Below, one piece after another: positions 31,465 through 42,493 of a stretch of DNA of 64,000 nucleotides. Origin of the DNA: an uncultured Methanoregulaceae archaeon (GTDB taxonomy: Archaea; Halobacteriota; Methanomicrobia; Methanomicrobiales; Methanospirillaceae). The position numbers were made by a program, and so were the translations under genes. The first letter of the stretch is position 1, and every line of letters starts with the position of its first letter. The notes under the pieces were generated by a model. That model was not told where the DNA came from and did no database searches. It saw nothing but the letters and a program-made list of their open reading frames with translations. The stretch is from assembly GCA_963841015.1 (NCBI GenBank), contig CAWJAX010000005.1:160001-224000 (forward strand). Direction: 5' to 3'.

Positions 31465-33069
31465 ATGCAATCTGGACAACAAATTATCATCTTAAAAGAA
31501 AATGTAGAGCGTAATACCGGGAAAGAAGCCCAGCGCTCGAATATCGCAGCAGCAAAAGCAATTGCCGGTGCTGTCAAGTCAACACTTGGTCCACGGGGAA
31601 TGGACAAGATGCTTGTAGATTCAACCGGGGATATTGTGATCACCAATGATGGTGCAACCATTCTTAGCGAAATTGCTGTGCAGCACCCCGGCGCAAAAAT
31701 GGTGATTGAAGTCGCACGGACTCAGGATGAAGAGGTCGGCGATGGAACAACCACTGCTGTTGTCATTGTTGGCGCGCTCATGGAGCAGGCAGAGGGAATG
31801 CTCGAACAGGGTATTCATCCAACCGTTATCGCACAGGGATACCGGATGGGCATGGAAAGAGCACTCGAGATCGTGAACAGTCTCTCCCTCAAAGTTGACC
31901 CGGCGGACCGCAAAACCCTTTTGAAAATTGTGGACACTGCCATAACCGGCAAATCTATCGAGTCAGTAAAAACCAAGCTTGATGGCATTATTGTTGATGC
32001 CGTGATGGCAGTTGCCGAAAAAACCAATGGGAAGATCACGGTCGATGAAGAAGACGTGATGATCAAGAAACAGAAAGGAAAGGCTATGGACGATGCAGAG
32101 CTGATCCGCGGTATTGTCATTGACAAAAAGCGCATCAGCGAGGGGATGCCCAAAAAGGTTACAAAAGCCAAAGTCGCTTTGGTTGCAACCCCTCTCGAGA
32201 TCACAAAAACCCAGGTAAAAGCCAAGATCAAGATCACGAGTGCCGAGCAGATCAATGCTTTCTCAGAGCAGGAACGCGATGCACTCAAAAAACTTGCCGA
32301 TGCGATTATCGGAAGCGGTGCAAATGTTCTTTTATGCCAGAAAGGCATCGCAGATCCCGTTCAGTTCTACCTGGCCAAGAACGGTATTTTAGCCATTGAA
32401 GATGTGCCGGAAAGTGATATGAAATATGCCGCGCGATCCCTTCATGCAACAATTGTCAATAAACCAGATGCACTCACGGCAAAAGATCTCGGGACCGCAG
32501 ACCTTGTAGAAGAGGATACCGATGCCAACATCACCCGGATATCCGGGTGCAAGAACCCCAAGTCAATCACCATCCTGCTCCGCGGCTCAACCGATTATCT
32601 CCTTGACGAACTCGAACGTGCTGTTATTGACGGAACCCGCGTGGTCATGGACGCTATGGAAGATGGCACCTATGTGGTTGGTGGCGGTGCTGTCGAGACC
32701 GAACTCCTCATGAACATCCGGGATTACGCGTCAACAGTCGGTGGGCGTGTCCAGCTTGCCATAGAAGCCTATGCAGCAGCGTTTGAATCCATTCCCCGCG
32801 CCCTTGCAGAGAACTCAGGTTTCAATCCCATTGACAAACTGGTCGAACTCAAGAACGCCCATTCAAAAGGGAAGAAAAACGCGGGTCTGAACGTTTATGA
32901 CGGTACGATTGTGGACATGCTCGCAGCAGGTGTACTCGAACCACTCAGATCAAAACGCCAGTCCATCCAGAGCGCTTCAGAGACTGCAGTCATGCTCATC
33001 CGTGTTGATGACATGATGGTCACCCAGTCAAAATCGCCAGGTTCTGGCGGTGCTCCTGCAGCATTTTAA
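31465..33069 (+). CDS. ths: Thermosome (group II chaperonin) subunit
   Basis: [31 protein letters not shown]. Confidence 0.96.
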   Translation: MQSGQQIIILKENVERNTGKEAQRSNIAAAKAIAGAVKSTLGPRGMDKMLVDSTGDIVITNDGATILSEIAVQHPGAKMVIEVARTQDEEVGDGTTTAVVIVGALMEQAEGMLEQGIHPTVIAQGYRMGMERALEIVNSLSLKVDPADRKTLLKIVDTAITGKSIESVKTKLDGIIVDAVMAVAEKTNGKITVDEEDVMIKKQKGKAMDDAELIRGIVIDKKRISEGMPKKVTKAKVALVATPLEITKTQVKAKIKITSAEQINAFSEQERDALKKLADAIIGSGANVLLCQKGIADPVQFYLAKNGILAIEDVPESDMKYAARSLHATIVNKPDALTAKDLGTADLVEEDTDANITRISGCKNPKSITILLRGSTDYLLDELERAVIDGTRVVMDAMEDGTYVVGGGAVETELLMNIRDYASTVGGRVQLAIEAYAAAFESIPRALAENSGFNPIDKLVELKNAHSKGKKNAGLNVYDGTIVDMLAAGVLEPLRSKRQSIQSASETAVMLIRVDDMMVTQSKSPGSGGAPAAF

Positions 33070-33085
33070 TAAAATCTTTTTGTGA

Positions 33086-33120
33086 GGGATTGGATCAATC
33101 CCCCTTCATCAAATTTTTTT
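33086..33120 (+). terminator. Hairpin plus T-tract after the thermosome gene
   Basis: GGGATTG-GAT-CAATCCC followed by TTTTTTT. Confidence 0.5.
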
Positions 33121-33299
33121 CCTAGTTCTCCTCAAAGAATGCACGTATTCCTGCAGAGAAGTACCTGTACTGACTGAATCTTCTCTCATCGTGAGTAAAA
33201 AAATCCATGACGCGGGCAGGGTTTAGAATGGACGGGATTTAGTATCATAGTATCAGATAACTATTAGAGCAATTGATGGAAAAAATATCAGAACCGGTT

Positions 33300-33384
33300 G
33301 CCGAGGTAGTCTAGCCCGGGAAGGCGGTAGCCTCGAAAGCTACTGGCGCTTCGCGCCTCGGGAGTTCAAATCTCCCCCTCGGCG
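33300..33384 (+). tRNA. tRNA-Ser(CGA)
   Basis: GCCGAGG/CCTCGGC acceptor stem, GTAGC-CT-CGA-AA-GCTAC anticodon arm, long variable arm, TTCAAAT T-loop. Confidence 0.96.
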
Positions 33385-33735
33385 TACTTTTCCTGGAAAA
33401 TTTTCTTTCAGCATAGTATATCGTTGATTATTGTTTTTACCTGAAGATAATCCGTCTTCTGAGTAATGATGACACGAAAAATTACACGTGGTGCAGGGAT
33501 CAGAAATGCAATACATTGTTATTGCTGTGCGATTTCCCCCAATGGTGAAAAATAACAGATATTTTTTTAAAAAAAACCGAGATTTGGGGATATTTAATTT
33601 TTAGTGTGAAAAAAAAATTATATATATTACGTATCCATAGTATATCATAATAAGAAAGAATTTGTTTATATCAATACAACCAATAACGCCGCCAGAATCG
33701 TTGGAAGAAAAATCTTGTCTGATGGGTGAACTAAG

Positions 33736-33939
33736 ATGATCCGGATCAAGAAAAATAAACCCCCGATTTCGCCAGATACCCGATCGTTTCGTCAGGTACG
33801 AAGGGTTAATCTGAACCGAACCTACATTCCGCTAAAAATTGGAATAATAGTCGGATATATTATTTTAGGTATGTTATCCGCATCCACATCCATGTTCGGG
33901 ATCTTGATCGGGGCGATGCTCCGGATTGCCGGATTATAA
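33736..33939 (+). CDS. Small putative membrane protein
   Basis: GGTGA RBS, basic N-terminus, hydrophobic C-terminal half, T-tract downstream. Confidence 0.45.
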   Translation: MIRIKKNKPPISPDTRSFRQVRRVNLNRTYIPLKIGIIVGYIILGMLSASTSMFGILIGAMLRIAGL

Positions 33940-34161
33940 TTTTTTTTGGCAGACTCGTTTTTTTCTCGTAAAAGTTGTCTGTTTTTTTCCGGAAATGGGA
34001 GGTTCCCCAGATCCCGTTACTACAAATAATCAGAATTTTCGGTTTTTCGCTTTACTAAAAAGTGCCCCCAAAAAATCGGGGGTAGACAGGATTGACGCAT
34101 GAACACGAATAAACACTTTCAAAAAAAAATTGGGGGTGCGGGTAATTTCCTTAAACATCCA

Positions 34162-34578
34162 TTATTCCACGACAACGGTTCCCTGCATAGCCGGGTGGAT
34201 TGTGCAGGAATAATCATAAGTGCCGGCCTTATCAATTTTCCTGCTCCAGGATTGCGAAGGCGCGAGCACGGCTGAATCCTCACCATCCGCAAATAATATC
34301 CTGTGCGGCACTGAATCCAGGTTCACCCAGCGTGCTGTTGATCCCACCTTCATCGTCATTCTTGCAGGATCAAATGCGAAATTTTTGATTTGGATAGTAT
34401 TATCAGATACAGAACTTGTTGTCTGCGGAACCGGAATGGTTGTTGATGCCAGCTGTTGCGTCGTTTGCAGGGGAGTAGTGACAGGCGCTGGGGGTTGGAC
34501 TGGGGGTGCTGTCTGGGTGCATCCACAGACACCAGCAAGTATGAGGGTAACAGCAAGAAGAATGAGACCGTTTTTCAT
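34162..34578 (-). CDS. Cupredoxin (plastocyanin/amicyanin-like) lipoprotein
   Basis: Lipobox-like AGVCGC, Pro/Thr linker, type-1 Cu ligands PH...CTIHPAM. Confidence 0.88.
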   Translation of the reverse strand: MKNGLILLAVTLILAGVCGCTQTAPPVQPPAPVTTPLQTTQQLASTTIPVPQTTSSVSDNTIQIKNFAFDPARMTMKVGSTARWVNLDSVPHRILFADGEDSAVLAPSQSWSRKIDKAGTYDYSCTIHPAMQGTVVVE

Positions 34579-34647
34579 AGATTAATCTCCATAGGTTCCC
34601 GTATAATAATCTGATGTAACCAGATAAAGCGGGAGCACAGGTTTATT

Positions 34648-36800
34648 TTATCTTTCTTGAAAGTGTATGTCCGGGATTTGAGTATCAAGGAAAAAAACCG
34701 GTATATTCCTCATAATGTCCATGAACTCTTCTGCATGGTAGTGATCGGAAAAGGACAGATCAGAAAGGAGAGCGGCCGGCAGGGCACTGGCAAATTTCCA
34801 GCCTTCTGCCTGGGGCAAAGGCAGGACTACCCGAATTTCATTCTTTCCCATTTTCTGGATTTCTTGTACTGCAGACATCACCAGTTGTCCCCGGCCTTTT
34901 TTTCCTGCACGCATAACTCTGACAACAAAGTCGTTATACCGCACCTGTGCCTTGCCACCAAGCTTGTCCTGAAGCAACAGAGAGAGCAACCGGTTAAACC
35001 TGATCCCTGAAAAAGAGAATATGAGAACCTCGACCCCTTTTTTCCCGGTCCGTTCGACGATATACAACCCATCCTCTCCGATACCCTCCGGAATCCGTGC
35101 GAGCACGGTCTGCATTAACTCCTTCTCCTGCTCACTAATGGGGAGCACTGATCCCCCCCTTGCATGTATCTTCTGTACCATCCGGCACACAAGGGGTGAA
35201 AACCCTCCTTCATTGGCACTGGTCCAGAATGTGCGGGACATTTCCGATCCACCTGGAACCACAACAACAATATTATGTCCTTCATCGCACTTTACCATCG
35301 ACCAGCTGCGACCACCGAGCGAGATCTCTTCTGAGTTCCTGCTGTTCACGAACCGTGCATCCAGCTTCCCCACAACCTCACCTTCAGGAGTCACAGCGCG
35401 GTACTCCCCTCCTGCAGCGATCACCGAATAGAGATCTTTCCAGTTTGAACGCCCGAACACCCGCTCGGCCTCAGTTCCCAGCATCAGGATTTCACCATCA
35501 GTAGTCAGATACCCCGCTTGAATGAGATGGTTAACAATCTGGTCAAGGATCTTTGGCTCAAGGTCTTTGAATACCGGCGGGGAAAGAACCGATGATGCCA
35601 GCTGTTTGCGGCTGACCCTCGAATGGATGTACAAATACAGGAAAATCTGCTGCAGCAGGACATTGTAGGGTTTTTTTGGAGGAACGAGGTTTTCAACTTC
35701 CTTTCGGGTCGCACATTCTATGATGGCAAGACTGCATAAAAGTTCACAGGGGTTCTGGAGTACCCAGGCCATATATGCTGATTTCCCACGCCGACCACTC
35801 CGTCCCATTCGCTGGAGGAATGAAGAAACAGAATTTGGAGGGCCAACCTGTACGACAACATCAAGGTCGCCAATATCAATGCCGAGTTCCAGCGTGCTTG
35901 TGCAGATGATGCAGGCACCATCCTGTGAAGAGAACGCATCTTCCGATGTTTTTCGCGTAGCTGGAGAGAGCGAAGAGTGATGGATGTGAAGATTCCGTAT
36001 CCTCCCGGCACTTGCCTTCATGAGTTTCTCTGCAATACTACGACTGTTTACAAAGACGAGAGCCTTCTTTCCGCTCACGATCCGTACAAGTGCATTGATC
36101 CGGTCTTTTTCTTCTGGGTTTACAATAAACAGGAACTGTTTCTCTCTTGGAGGTGATGAAACCTCAACGATTTCCGCTGTATGCCGGCCATCAGAGAGCC
36201 AGTCAAGCACTTCCCGGGGATTTCCTGTTGTTGCGGAAAGTCCAATCCGCTGTACAGGTCTCTTTGTGATTCGGTCCATCCGGTCGAGTAGTACTTTGAG
36301 ATGAACCCCCCTCTCGGACTCAACAAATGCATGGAGTTCGTCGATAATAATGGTCCGAACCCGCCGGAGATCCAAAGATAGGTTTTTTTCCTGAAGGAGA
36401 ACCTCAAGCGATTCGGGCGTAATCATCAGAAAGTGAGGGGGTTCCCCGTCCTTCCAGGAGCGATCCCCTTTCGGCACGTCACCATGCCATTTCATCACTG
36501 ATAGTGAAGTCGGTATGCAAAAATCCCTGAAACGATCCTCCTGGTCATTTATCAGCGCTTTTAAAGGGGATATATAGAGACAGGTCACGCCCATCCTCCC
36601 ATTTTTCAGGATATCATCCATAACAGGAATAAGCGCAGCCTCAGACTTCCCCCGGCGGTTGGTGCGATTACGAGCACGTCACTTCCCGTCGCCACTGCTG
36701 AATATGTCTGCTCCTGGACTTCACGGAGCTCAGTCCACTCCAGTCGTTGGGCAAGCACCTGCTGGAGGGATTCGTGGAGAGTTGAAAATACTGATGACAC
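34648..36800 (-). CDS. Lhr-like DEAH-box helicase; -1 frameshift in Walker A (36647-36653)
   Basis: Q motif and APTAGG in ORF 36606-36800; SPLKAL, DELH, SAT, TLELGIDIG, QRMGRSGR in ORF 34648-36621. One added base restores APTAGGKSEAA. Confidence 0.85.
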
Positions 36801-36973
36801 GTTTTTCTCATAGTGCGTAGTCTCTGACGCATTATGTTCTTTCCGGGTAATTTGTCGTTTAAGATGACATGCGTTCAGCGAAGTTCAGAATCAGCGTAAA
36901 ATACCCCCGGGTAGAAAATCTGGCCACCGGTTCAAGAGAACCTTTTTTTGTTCAGAGAGACGACAAAATAACC

Positions 36974-37306
36974 ATGGAACTCGCACAACAAAAATGCACT
37001 ACCTATCGGGTGGGATCTCCTCCATTGACCAGAAAGGAGACGATTGAGCTCCTTGGTCAAGTGCCTGGATGGTCGCTTGTCAATGGTCACCTTACCCGGG
37101 TGTTTGAGCTCGATGACAGCGACCGGTGCGTTGAATTTTTTATTGAAGTTATGGCTCTTTCATCACAGGAGGGACATATTCCGGATATCTGTATGAAAGA
37201 GTCACGATTCATCGAAATTTCATACTATACGTATCTTGCCGGCGGATTGACATTAAACGATTTTATTATGGCAGCAAAACTAAATACACTCAGGCAAGAA
37301 CAGTAA
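36974..37306 (+). CDS. Pterin-4-alpha-carbinolamine dehydratase family protein
   Basis: PGW, EGHIPDI, GGLTLNDFIMAAK; start reassigned to MELAQQKC. Confidence 0.85.
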   Translation: MELAQQKCTTYRVGSPPLTRKETIELLGQVPGWSLVNGHLTRVFELDDSDRCVEFFIEVMALSSQEGHIPDICMKESRFIEISYYTYLAGGLTLNDFIMAAKLNTLRQEQ

Positions 37307-37347
37307 TGTCGTTTTCAAAGTCCGATACTTCTTTTTTTTAAAATGAT

Positions 37348-37749
37348 TTATTTCAGGTTAAATTTCCTGACAATTTTTTCCCGTATATCTTCTTTTGGAT
37401 AAGCCCCGATAATCCGGTCCACCAGCTGACCATGAGAAAAGAGCATTATGGATGGTATTGCGGTAATGTTGAACTGCATGGCGAGGTGCCGGTTGTCCTC
37501 GGTGTTACACTTACCGAATGTAACCTTCCCGGAAAATTCCTTGGACAGTTCTTCAATTACCAAACCAACCCTGCGGCACGGAGCACACCATTCTGCCCAG
37601 AAGTCCAGGACAACAAATGGATTTGTCTTGATGAATTCCTGAAAATGCGTCTCATCCACGTGCGTTACATCCACCTTTGCCGAGTGTTTCATTTTTTCTT
37701 TCAGCTCCTGCATCCGCTTCTCTCGTATCCGGCTGATCTCATCATCCAT
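37348..37749 (-). CDS. trxA: Thioredoxin
   Basis: DFWAEWCAPC, cis-Pro IP, GA motif. Confidence 0.93.
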   Translation of the reverse strand: MDDEISRIREKRMQELKEKMKHSAKVDVTHVDETHFQEFIKTNPFVVLDFWAEWCAPCRRVGLVIEELSKEFSGKVTFGKCNTEDNRHLAMQFNITAIPSIMLFSHGQLVDRIIGAYPKEDIREKIVRKFNLK

Positions 37750-37862
37750 AATTCTCTGTAGGTAAAAGAGTAATTAAATGTCCCTGACCGTGAACCGGTA
37801 CACGGATAAACTGAGTAAAGTATATCAGCGCACGCCAACTATATTATTACCCTGATTAATGG

Positions 37863-37937
37863 AGCGAGGTAGGGTAGTCAGGATATCCCGACGGGCTCAT
37901 AACCCGTAGATCGATGGTTCAAATCCATCCCTCGCTA
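37863..37937 (+). tRNA. Initiator tRNA-Met(CAT)
   Basis: A1-U72 pair, three G-C pairs in the anticodon stem (GGG-CT-CAT-AA-CCC), TTCAAAT T-loop. Confidence 0.96.
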
Positions 37938-38097
37938 CTGCTTCTTTTATGAATTTCTGTTTTTAAAGGTCGTCTTTTATTAGTTATTCAGTTTGTTCGG
38001 GCGTGATCAAGAAGAATCGAACATCAGCATCTGGGCACGGACAGGTAATGTATGGTAATCAGCTCCAACCCAGCCATTTTGCCTGTCTTTTTATGCT

Positions 38098-38778
38098 TTA
38101 TCCTTTTCGTGCAACAGTGACGATGAATGTACGGTTCCGGTAAACCACATCCACATCGGAAAAACCACACTCCTTCAGCCATTGAAGCTGAACCGATAGT
38201 TTTTCGTTCCGGTCAAGGGTGTCACGACGCTTGAGAATTTCCGCGTGTTCCCGTGCATTCATGGGACCGTTGTGAAGAAATTCATTCCAGTACTCAAGGT
38301 ACCTTTCCCGGAAATAGAGGGTATCGCCGTCAGCCTGATCAGCATTCACAAACAGCCCGCCGGGATTCAGTGCAGAAAATATTTTCCCGAACAGTGTGTG
38401 TTTGTCCTCAAACGTGAGATGATGTATGGAAAGTGCCGAACAGACCAGATCGTACTGCCCGACGGGTATCTTCCTGCTGTAATCACTGGCAATATAGGTA
38501 ATATTCTTTCTGTCTGAAAACCTCTGCCGGGCAATTTCCAGCATGTTTTCAGAAATATCCAGCAGTGTCATATGCGCATTGGGGAATTTCTGTAGTATAA
38601 GAGCACTCAATAAACCCGTACCTGCTCCGATATCAAGGATTGATGGCTCGGGTATTGAAGACTCTGACGCCCAGACTGCTGTTGAATAAAACTGCTGCAT
38701 ATCCGGAATGACGAACTCCCGCTGGGAATCGTATTCTTGAGCAATAGCATCGAATGCCTTTTTTATATGTTCCATCAT
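38098..38778 (-). CDS. Class I SAM-dependent methyltransferase
   Basis: ILDIGAGTG, LDISENML, SALSIHHL, LNPGG. Confidence 0.9.
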   Translation of the reverse strand: MMEHIKKAFDAIAQEYDSQREFVIPDMQQFYSTAVWASESSIPEPSILDIGAGTGLLSALILQKFPNAHMTLLDISENMLEIARQRFSDRKNITYIASDYSRKIPVGQYDLVCSALSIHHLTFEDKHTLFGKIFSALNPGGLFVNADQADGDTLYFRERYLEYWNEFLHNGPMNAREHAEILKRRDTLDRNEKLSVQLQWLKECGFSDVDVVYRNRTFIVTVARKG

Positions 38779-38911
38779 ATCCCCCGCTTTTTAAAAAGAT
38801 TGTAAAATCCACAAGGTTATCTTATTCTTGGCAAAGAAGATAAAAAAAATTATTCACCTGCCAACCGGGAATGGTTCTCACTGGTTAAAACCCAGACTAT
38901 CCAGCTCAGGT

Positions 38912-40342
38912 TCACAAGCTTTCAGCGTCAAACGATACCAGTTTAGACTGGTACGTCCCGTCAATAAAATCAACCTGACGCATCTTTGCCTGCTCGCCTT
39001 CAATCTGTAAAGGATAGCACCCCGTAAGGCAGCCGGTACAAAGATTTTCCCGGTCAAAACCAATCGCCTCTATAAGCGCAGAGAGGGAGACATGGTGAAG
39101 AGTTGTAGCGGTAATGCTATGCCGGACCTCATCCTCAATTCTGTTGTTCGCTATCAGCTCTTCTCTCGTGGGCATATCAACACCAAGATAGCAGGGTGCT
39201 TTGATTGCCGGAGATCCTATACGCATATGGATCTCCCGGGCACCAGCTTCCCGCATCATGTTGATAATTCTGCGTGATGTAGTCCCCCGCACAATACTGT
39301 CATCGACAAGCACTACAGACTTCCCCTTCAGGTGAGCGGGAATAGGGTTGAGTTTTATTCGCACCGCTTTTTCCCGCTCCTTCTGGGTCGGCATGATAAA
39401 CGTGCGTCCCATGTACCTGTTCTTCATCAGGGACTCCACAAACGGGATCTTTGAATGTTCAGCGTATCCGATAGCATACGCAGTCCCGGAATCAGGAAGA
39501 GAACAGACAGAATCCGCCACCACCGGATCCTCCTCATACAGTTTTTGCCCGATTCTACGCCGCACATCATAGACCAGCACACCGTCGATGATTGCATCTG
39601 CACGAGCGAAGTAAATATATTCAAAGATGCAATGTGCACGCTTACCTGCAATCGCTACCTGGTTACACTTTATTCCTTCAGCATCTATCCTGACCAGTTC
39701 CCCGGGCCGGACATCCCTTATGAATTTCCCATTGAGGGCATCAACCGCTACACTCTCAGACGCAACCATGTACCCTTTATCGGTCTTACCAATACAGAAT
39801 GGCTTGATACCCAGCGGATCCCGGAAGGCATAGATAATACCGTCAATCATCATCACGACGGAATAGGATCCCCTGAGTTTCCGCATGCAGCGGTTAACTG
39901 CGTCCTCGACACATCCGGTATTACTTATTTCGTCAATAAGGATCTTTGCAATGATCTCCGTATCAGTGGTGGTAGTAAAGATCTGGCCAGCCTGTTCATA
40001 TTCGGCTCTGAGTTCTGCAGTGTTTACCAGATTGCCATTATGGGCAATCGAAATGAAATGGTCCTTGAACTGGAAATTAAGAGGCTGGATATTCTCCAAA
40101 AGATTTGACCCGGTTGTCGGGTAGCGTACATGTCCGATACCGGCATTCCCTTTCAGGTCGTTTAAAACTGTGGGGGAAAAAACATCGGCGACGAGACCCG
40201 GACCCTTAAACTTCCGGAGGTTCGTGCCATCATAAGTGGAAATCCCGGCACTTTCCTGCCCCCGGTGCTGGAGTGCGTACAGGGAGTAATAGAGCTGGAT
40301 CGATACACCGCCAGCATCGACGATGCCAACGATACCACACAT
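38912..40342 (-). CDS. purF: Amidophosphoribosyltransferase
   Basis: N-terminal MCGIVG, LQHRGQES, GHVRY, VDDSIVRGTT, Fe-S cysteines. Confidence 0.97.
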   Translation of the reverse strand: MCGIVGIVDAGGVSIQLYYSLYALQHRGQESAGISTYDGTNLRKFKGPGLVADVFSPTVLNDLKGNAGIGHVRYPTTGSNLLENIQPLNFQFKDHFISIAHNGNLVNTAELRAEYEQAGQIFTTTTDTEIIAKILIDEISNTGCVEDAVNRCMRKLRGSYSVVMMIDGIIYAFRDPLGIKPFCIGKTDKGYMVASESVAVDALNGKFIRDVRPGELVRIDAEGIKCNQVAIAGKRAHCIFEYIYFARADAIIDGVLVYDVRRRIGQKLYEEDPVVADSVCSLPDSGTAYAIGYAEHSKIPFVESLMKNRYMGRTFIMPTQKEREKAVRIKLNPIPAHLKGKSVVLVDDSIVRGTTSRRIINMMREAGAREIHMRIGSPAIKAPCYLGVDMPTREELIANNRIEDEVRHSITATTLHHVSLSALIEAIGFDRENLCTGCLTGCYPLQIEGEQAKMRQVDFIDGTYQSKLVSFDAESL

Positions 40343-40351
40343 GGTAAAACT

Positions 40352-40534
40352 CTAATGCGTTGGAATTTTTGGTCGCTTTGTGGTCCACTTATAGCTGCGC
40401 ATTTTAGTGCTTCTGCCAAACCCGCAGGCAGAGCATTGTTTTTTCTGGGCGTGAAACGAGATTTTCCCACAGCGCCTGCAGGCGACATGGGTGAACTTGT
40501 TCATCTTTCCCATTGATGGAGTGCCTTTTGACAT
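40352..40534 (-). CDS. rpl37e: 50S ribosomal protein L37e
   Basis: [13 protein letters not shown]...CSACGFG. Confidence 0.96.
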   Translation of the reverse strand: MSKGTPSMGKMNKFTHVACRRCGKISFHAQKKQCSACGFGRSTKMRSYKWTTKRPKIPTH

Positions 40535-40545
40535 GTTACTTCACC

Positions 40546-40776
40546 TTATTGTTCCAGCGATGGGGATATATAGATAACATTATCCCCGCGTACGATGAGC
40601 GTACCTACCTTCTGAACCTGTCCCTTCTCCTCTTCCTCCGCCTTGTCAAGCACGAGGTTCATATGAACATCATATCCCTGGAGAATACCCCGTATTTCTC
40701 TCCCACCCTTGAGAGATACAATAACGGGCTGTCGGTTCAGCACCTGATCCAAAATATCCAACGGCCTTTTGGTCAT
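40546..40776 (-). CDS. Sm-like (Lsm) RNA-binding protein
   Basis: [17 protein letters not shown]; conserved linkage with rpl37e. Confidence 0.95.
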   Translation of the reverse strand: MTKRPLDILDQVLNRQPVIVSLKGGREIRGILQGYDVHMNLVLDKAEEEEKGQVQKVGTLIVRGDNVIYISPSLEQ

Positions 40777-40967
40777 AATAATACCCTTTTCACCATCGCT
40801 CTGGAGTAATATATGTGTGTGAGCTGCTTACTTAAACATACCGTAGATCCGCATCAGCCTTATACTATTTTTGAGGTATATGAAGGAAGGGTTTCTCCAA
40901 ACAAACACCATAATTTTCCAATGCAAATTATTTTCAAGCGAGAGGGATGAATGTAGGAACTGTAACG

Positions 40968-41465
40968 ATGAAAAAGATTGTTGTAAAAAAACGTCATTCT
41001 ATCCGGAAAAGCCAGGCACAGGATCTCTTGTCCAGGCTCTCTGACCAGATCGGAAATTCAGCAAAATTTTTTCACGCGGATATGATTGAGGTACTTGAGA
41101 CCAACGCCGATGTCTCGTTGTTCATGGTTAATAAAAAACCCCTCCTGATGGACAACGGCGACTGGGTGTTCCCAACCTTAAAAGGTGCGATCCAGTTTCC
41201 CTTTCCGGAACGCAGGGTTGTTGTGGATGCCGGGGCAATCCCCTTTGTAGTCAATGGTGCAGATGTGATGCGGCCAGGAATCGTCTCAATATCTGATGAT
41301 GTAAAGGTCTCAAAGCCGGTACAGATCGTTGATGAGCGGCACGGCAAACCGCTTGCGATCGGAATAGCGCTCCTTGATGCGCCCGATATGCGTGCCAGAA
41401 TTTCAGGAAAGATGTGTAAAAATTTTCATCACGTCAGCGATGAGATATGGAATATTGAAATCTAA
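40968..41465 (+). CDS. PUA-domain RNA-binding protein (DUF1947+PUA)
   Basis: VVVDAGAIPFVVNGADVMRPGI, H.V.DEIW. Confidence 0.9.
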   Translation: MKKIVVKKRHSIRKSQAQDLLSRLSDQIGNSAKFFHADMIEVLETNADVSLFMVNKKPLLMDNGDWVFPTLKGAIQFPFPERRVVVDAGAIPFVVNGADVMRPGIVSISDDVKVSKPVQIVDERHGKPLAIGIALLDAPDMRARISGKMCKNFHHVSDEIWNIEI

Positions 41466-41588
41466 CACATACCGGTCCAAATCGATTGTGCGGAAAATCG
41501 GTCATTTTCTCTATTTTATGGAAAAAAAAACCTGACAGTTGCTTTCAAAATAGATACTATTAAATAAGTTTCATCATACAGTTTTTTT

Positions 41589-41957
41589 ATGGTTAAAATC
41601 ATTGACACCCTTCTTGGAAAGAGTTCCGCAAGCTCAGACGACGATTACATGGAGCTCGATCTTGCATCATATGAAGAGCATGGTAGTTCTGCACCTGCAC
41701 TTCTCGTAAAGATCGCAACGATTACTGATCTCAAGGATACCCCAAGGGTTAAGGACGAAGTTTATAGTGGTAACATAGTCATTGTGGATATTTCCCGACT
41801 CAAAATGGACAAGATATCCTATGAACGGGTTTTAAAAGACTTAAAAGAAGTAGCAAAGGATGTCAATGGCGACATTATCGGCCTCGGGGACCAGAGGTAT
41901 GTTGTACTCACACCCATGTCGGTAAAAATTTCCCGGGACAAGATTGGCGGAGCTTAA
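41589..41957 (+). CDS. sepF: Cell division protein SepF
   Basis: GNIVIVD, GDI, VVLTP. Confidence 0.88.
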   Translation: MVKIIDTLLGKSSASSDDDYMELDLASYEEHGSSAPALLVKIATITDLKDTPRVKDEVYSGNIVIVDISRLKMDKISYERVLKDLKEVAKDVNGDIIGLGDQRYVVLTPMSVKISRDKIGGA

Positions 41958-41959
41958 CG

Positions 41960-42487
41960 TTGCGAACGGTCGTTCCAGGTCCTTGTCCCATTTGCAATAC
42001 TGAAATCGAATATATTTATCAGACTGAAAATATTCCTTATTTTTCCGATATTCTGATCATTTCTGCTATCTGCAGTTCATGCGGATACAAATATGTTGAT
42101 ACTCAGCTCCTCAAAGCAAACGAACCAGTCCGGTATGTAGTGGCAGTTGACACCGAAGAAGACCTTGGGATCCGCATTGTACGGAGTATGAGCGCAAGCC
42201 TTGAAATTCCCGAGCTGGGCGTGCGAATAGATCCTGGGCCTGCCTGCCAGGGCTTTGTGTCTAATATTGAGGGTGTCCTTGACCGTATCAGACAAATCGT
42301 GGAGGGCGCATTGCTGTGGGGGGAGGTTGAGGAACGGGAAAATGCACAGGTACTTCTGGAAAAAATTGAGGGTGTGAAATGTGGAGCAATCCCTATTACT
42401 CTCATTCTTGAAGATCGGTGTGGAAACAGCGCGATCATTTCAGATAAAGCACAAAAGAGTGGATATACCCCAGAACCCGACCAATGA
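41960..42487 (+). CDS. ZPR1 zinc-finger protein
   Basis: CPIC, IPYF, CSSCGY, IPELG, SNIEGVL, D..GNS. Confidence 0.92.
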   Translation: MRTVVPGPCPICNTEIEYIYQTENIPYFSDILIISAICSSCGYKYVDTQLLKANEPVRYVVAVDTEEDLGIRIVRSMSASLEIPELGVRIDPGPACQGFVSNIEGVLDRIRQIVEGALLWGEVEERENAQVLLEKIEGVKCGAIPITLILEDRCGNSAIISDKAQKSGYTPEPDQ

Positions 42488-42493
42488 AAAATG

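Noticed and set aside
33300-37937. Integrated element between or next to the two tRNAs
   Set aside because: No integrase and no duplicated tRNA 3' end (att site) was seen.
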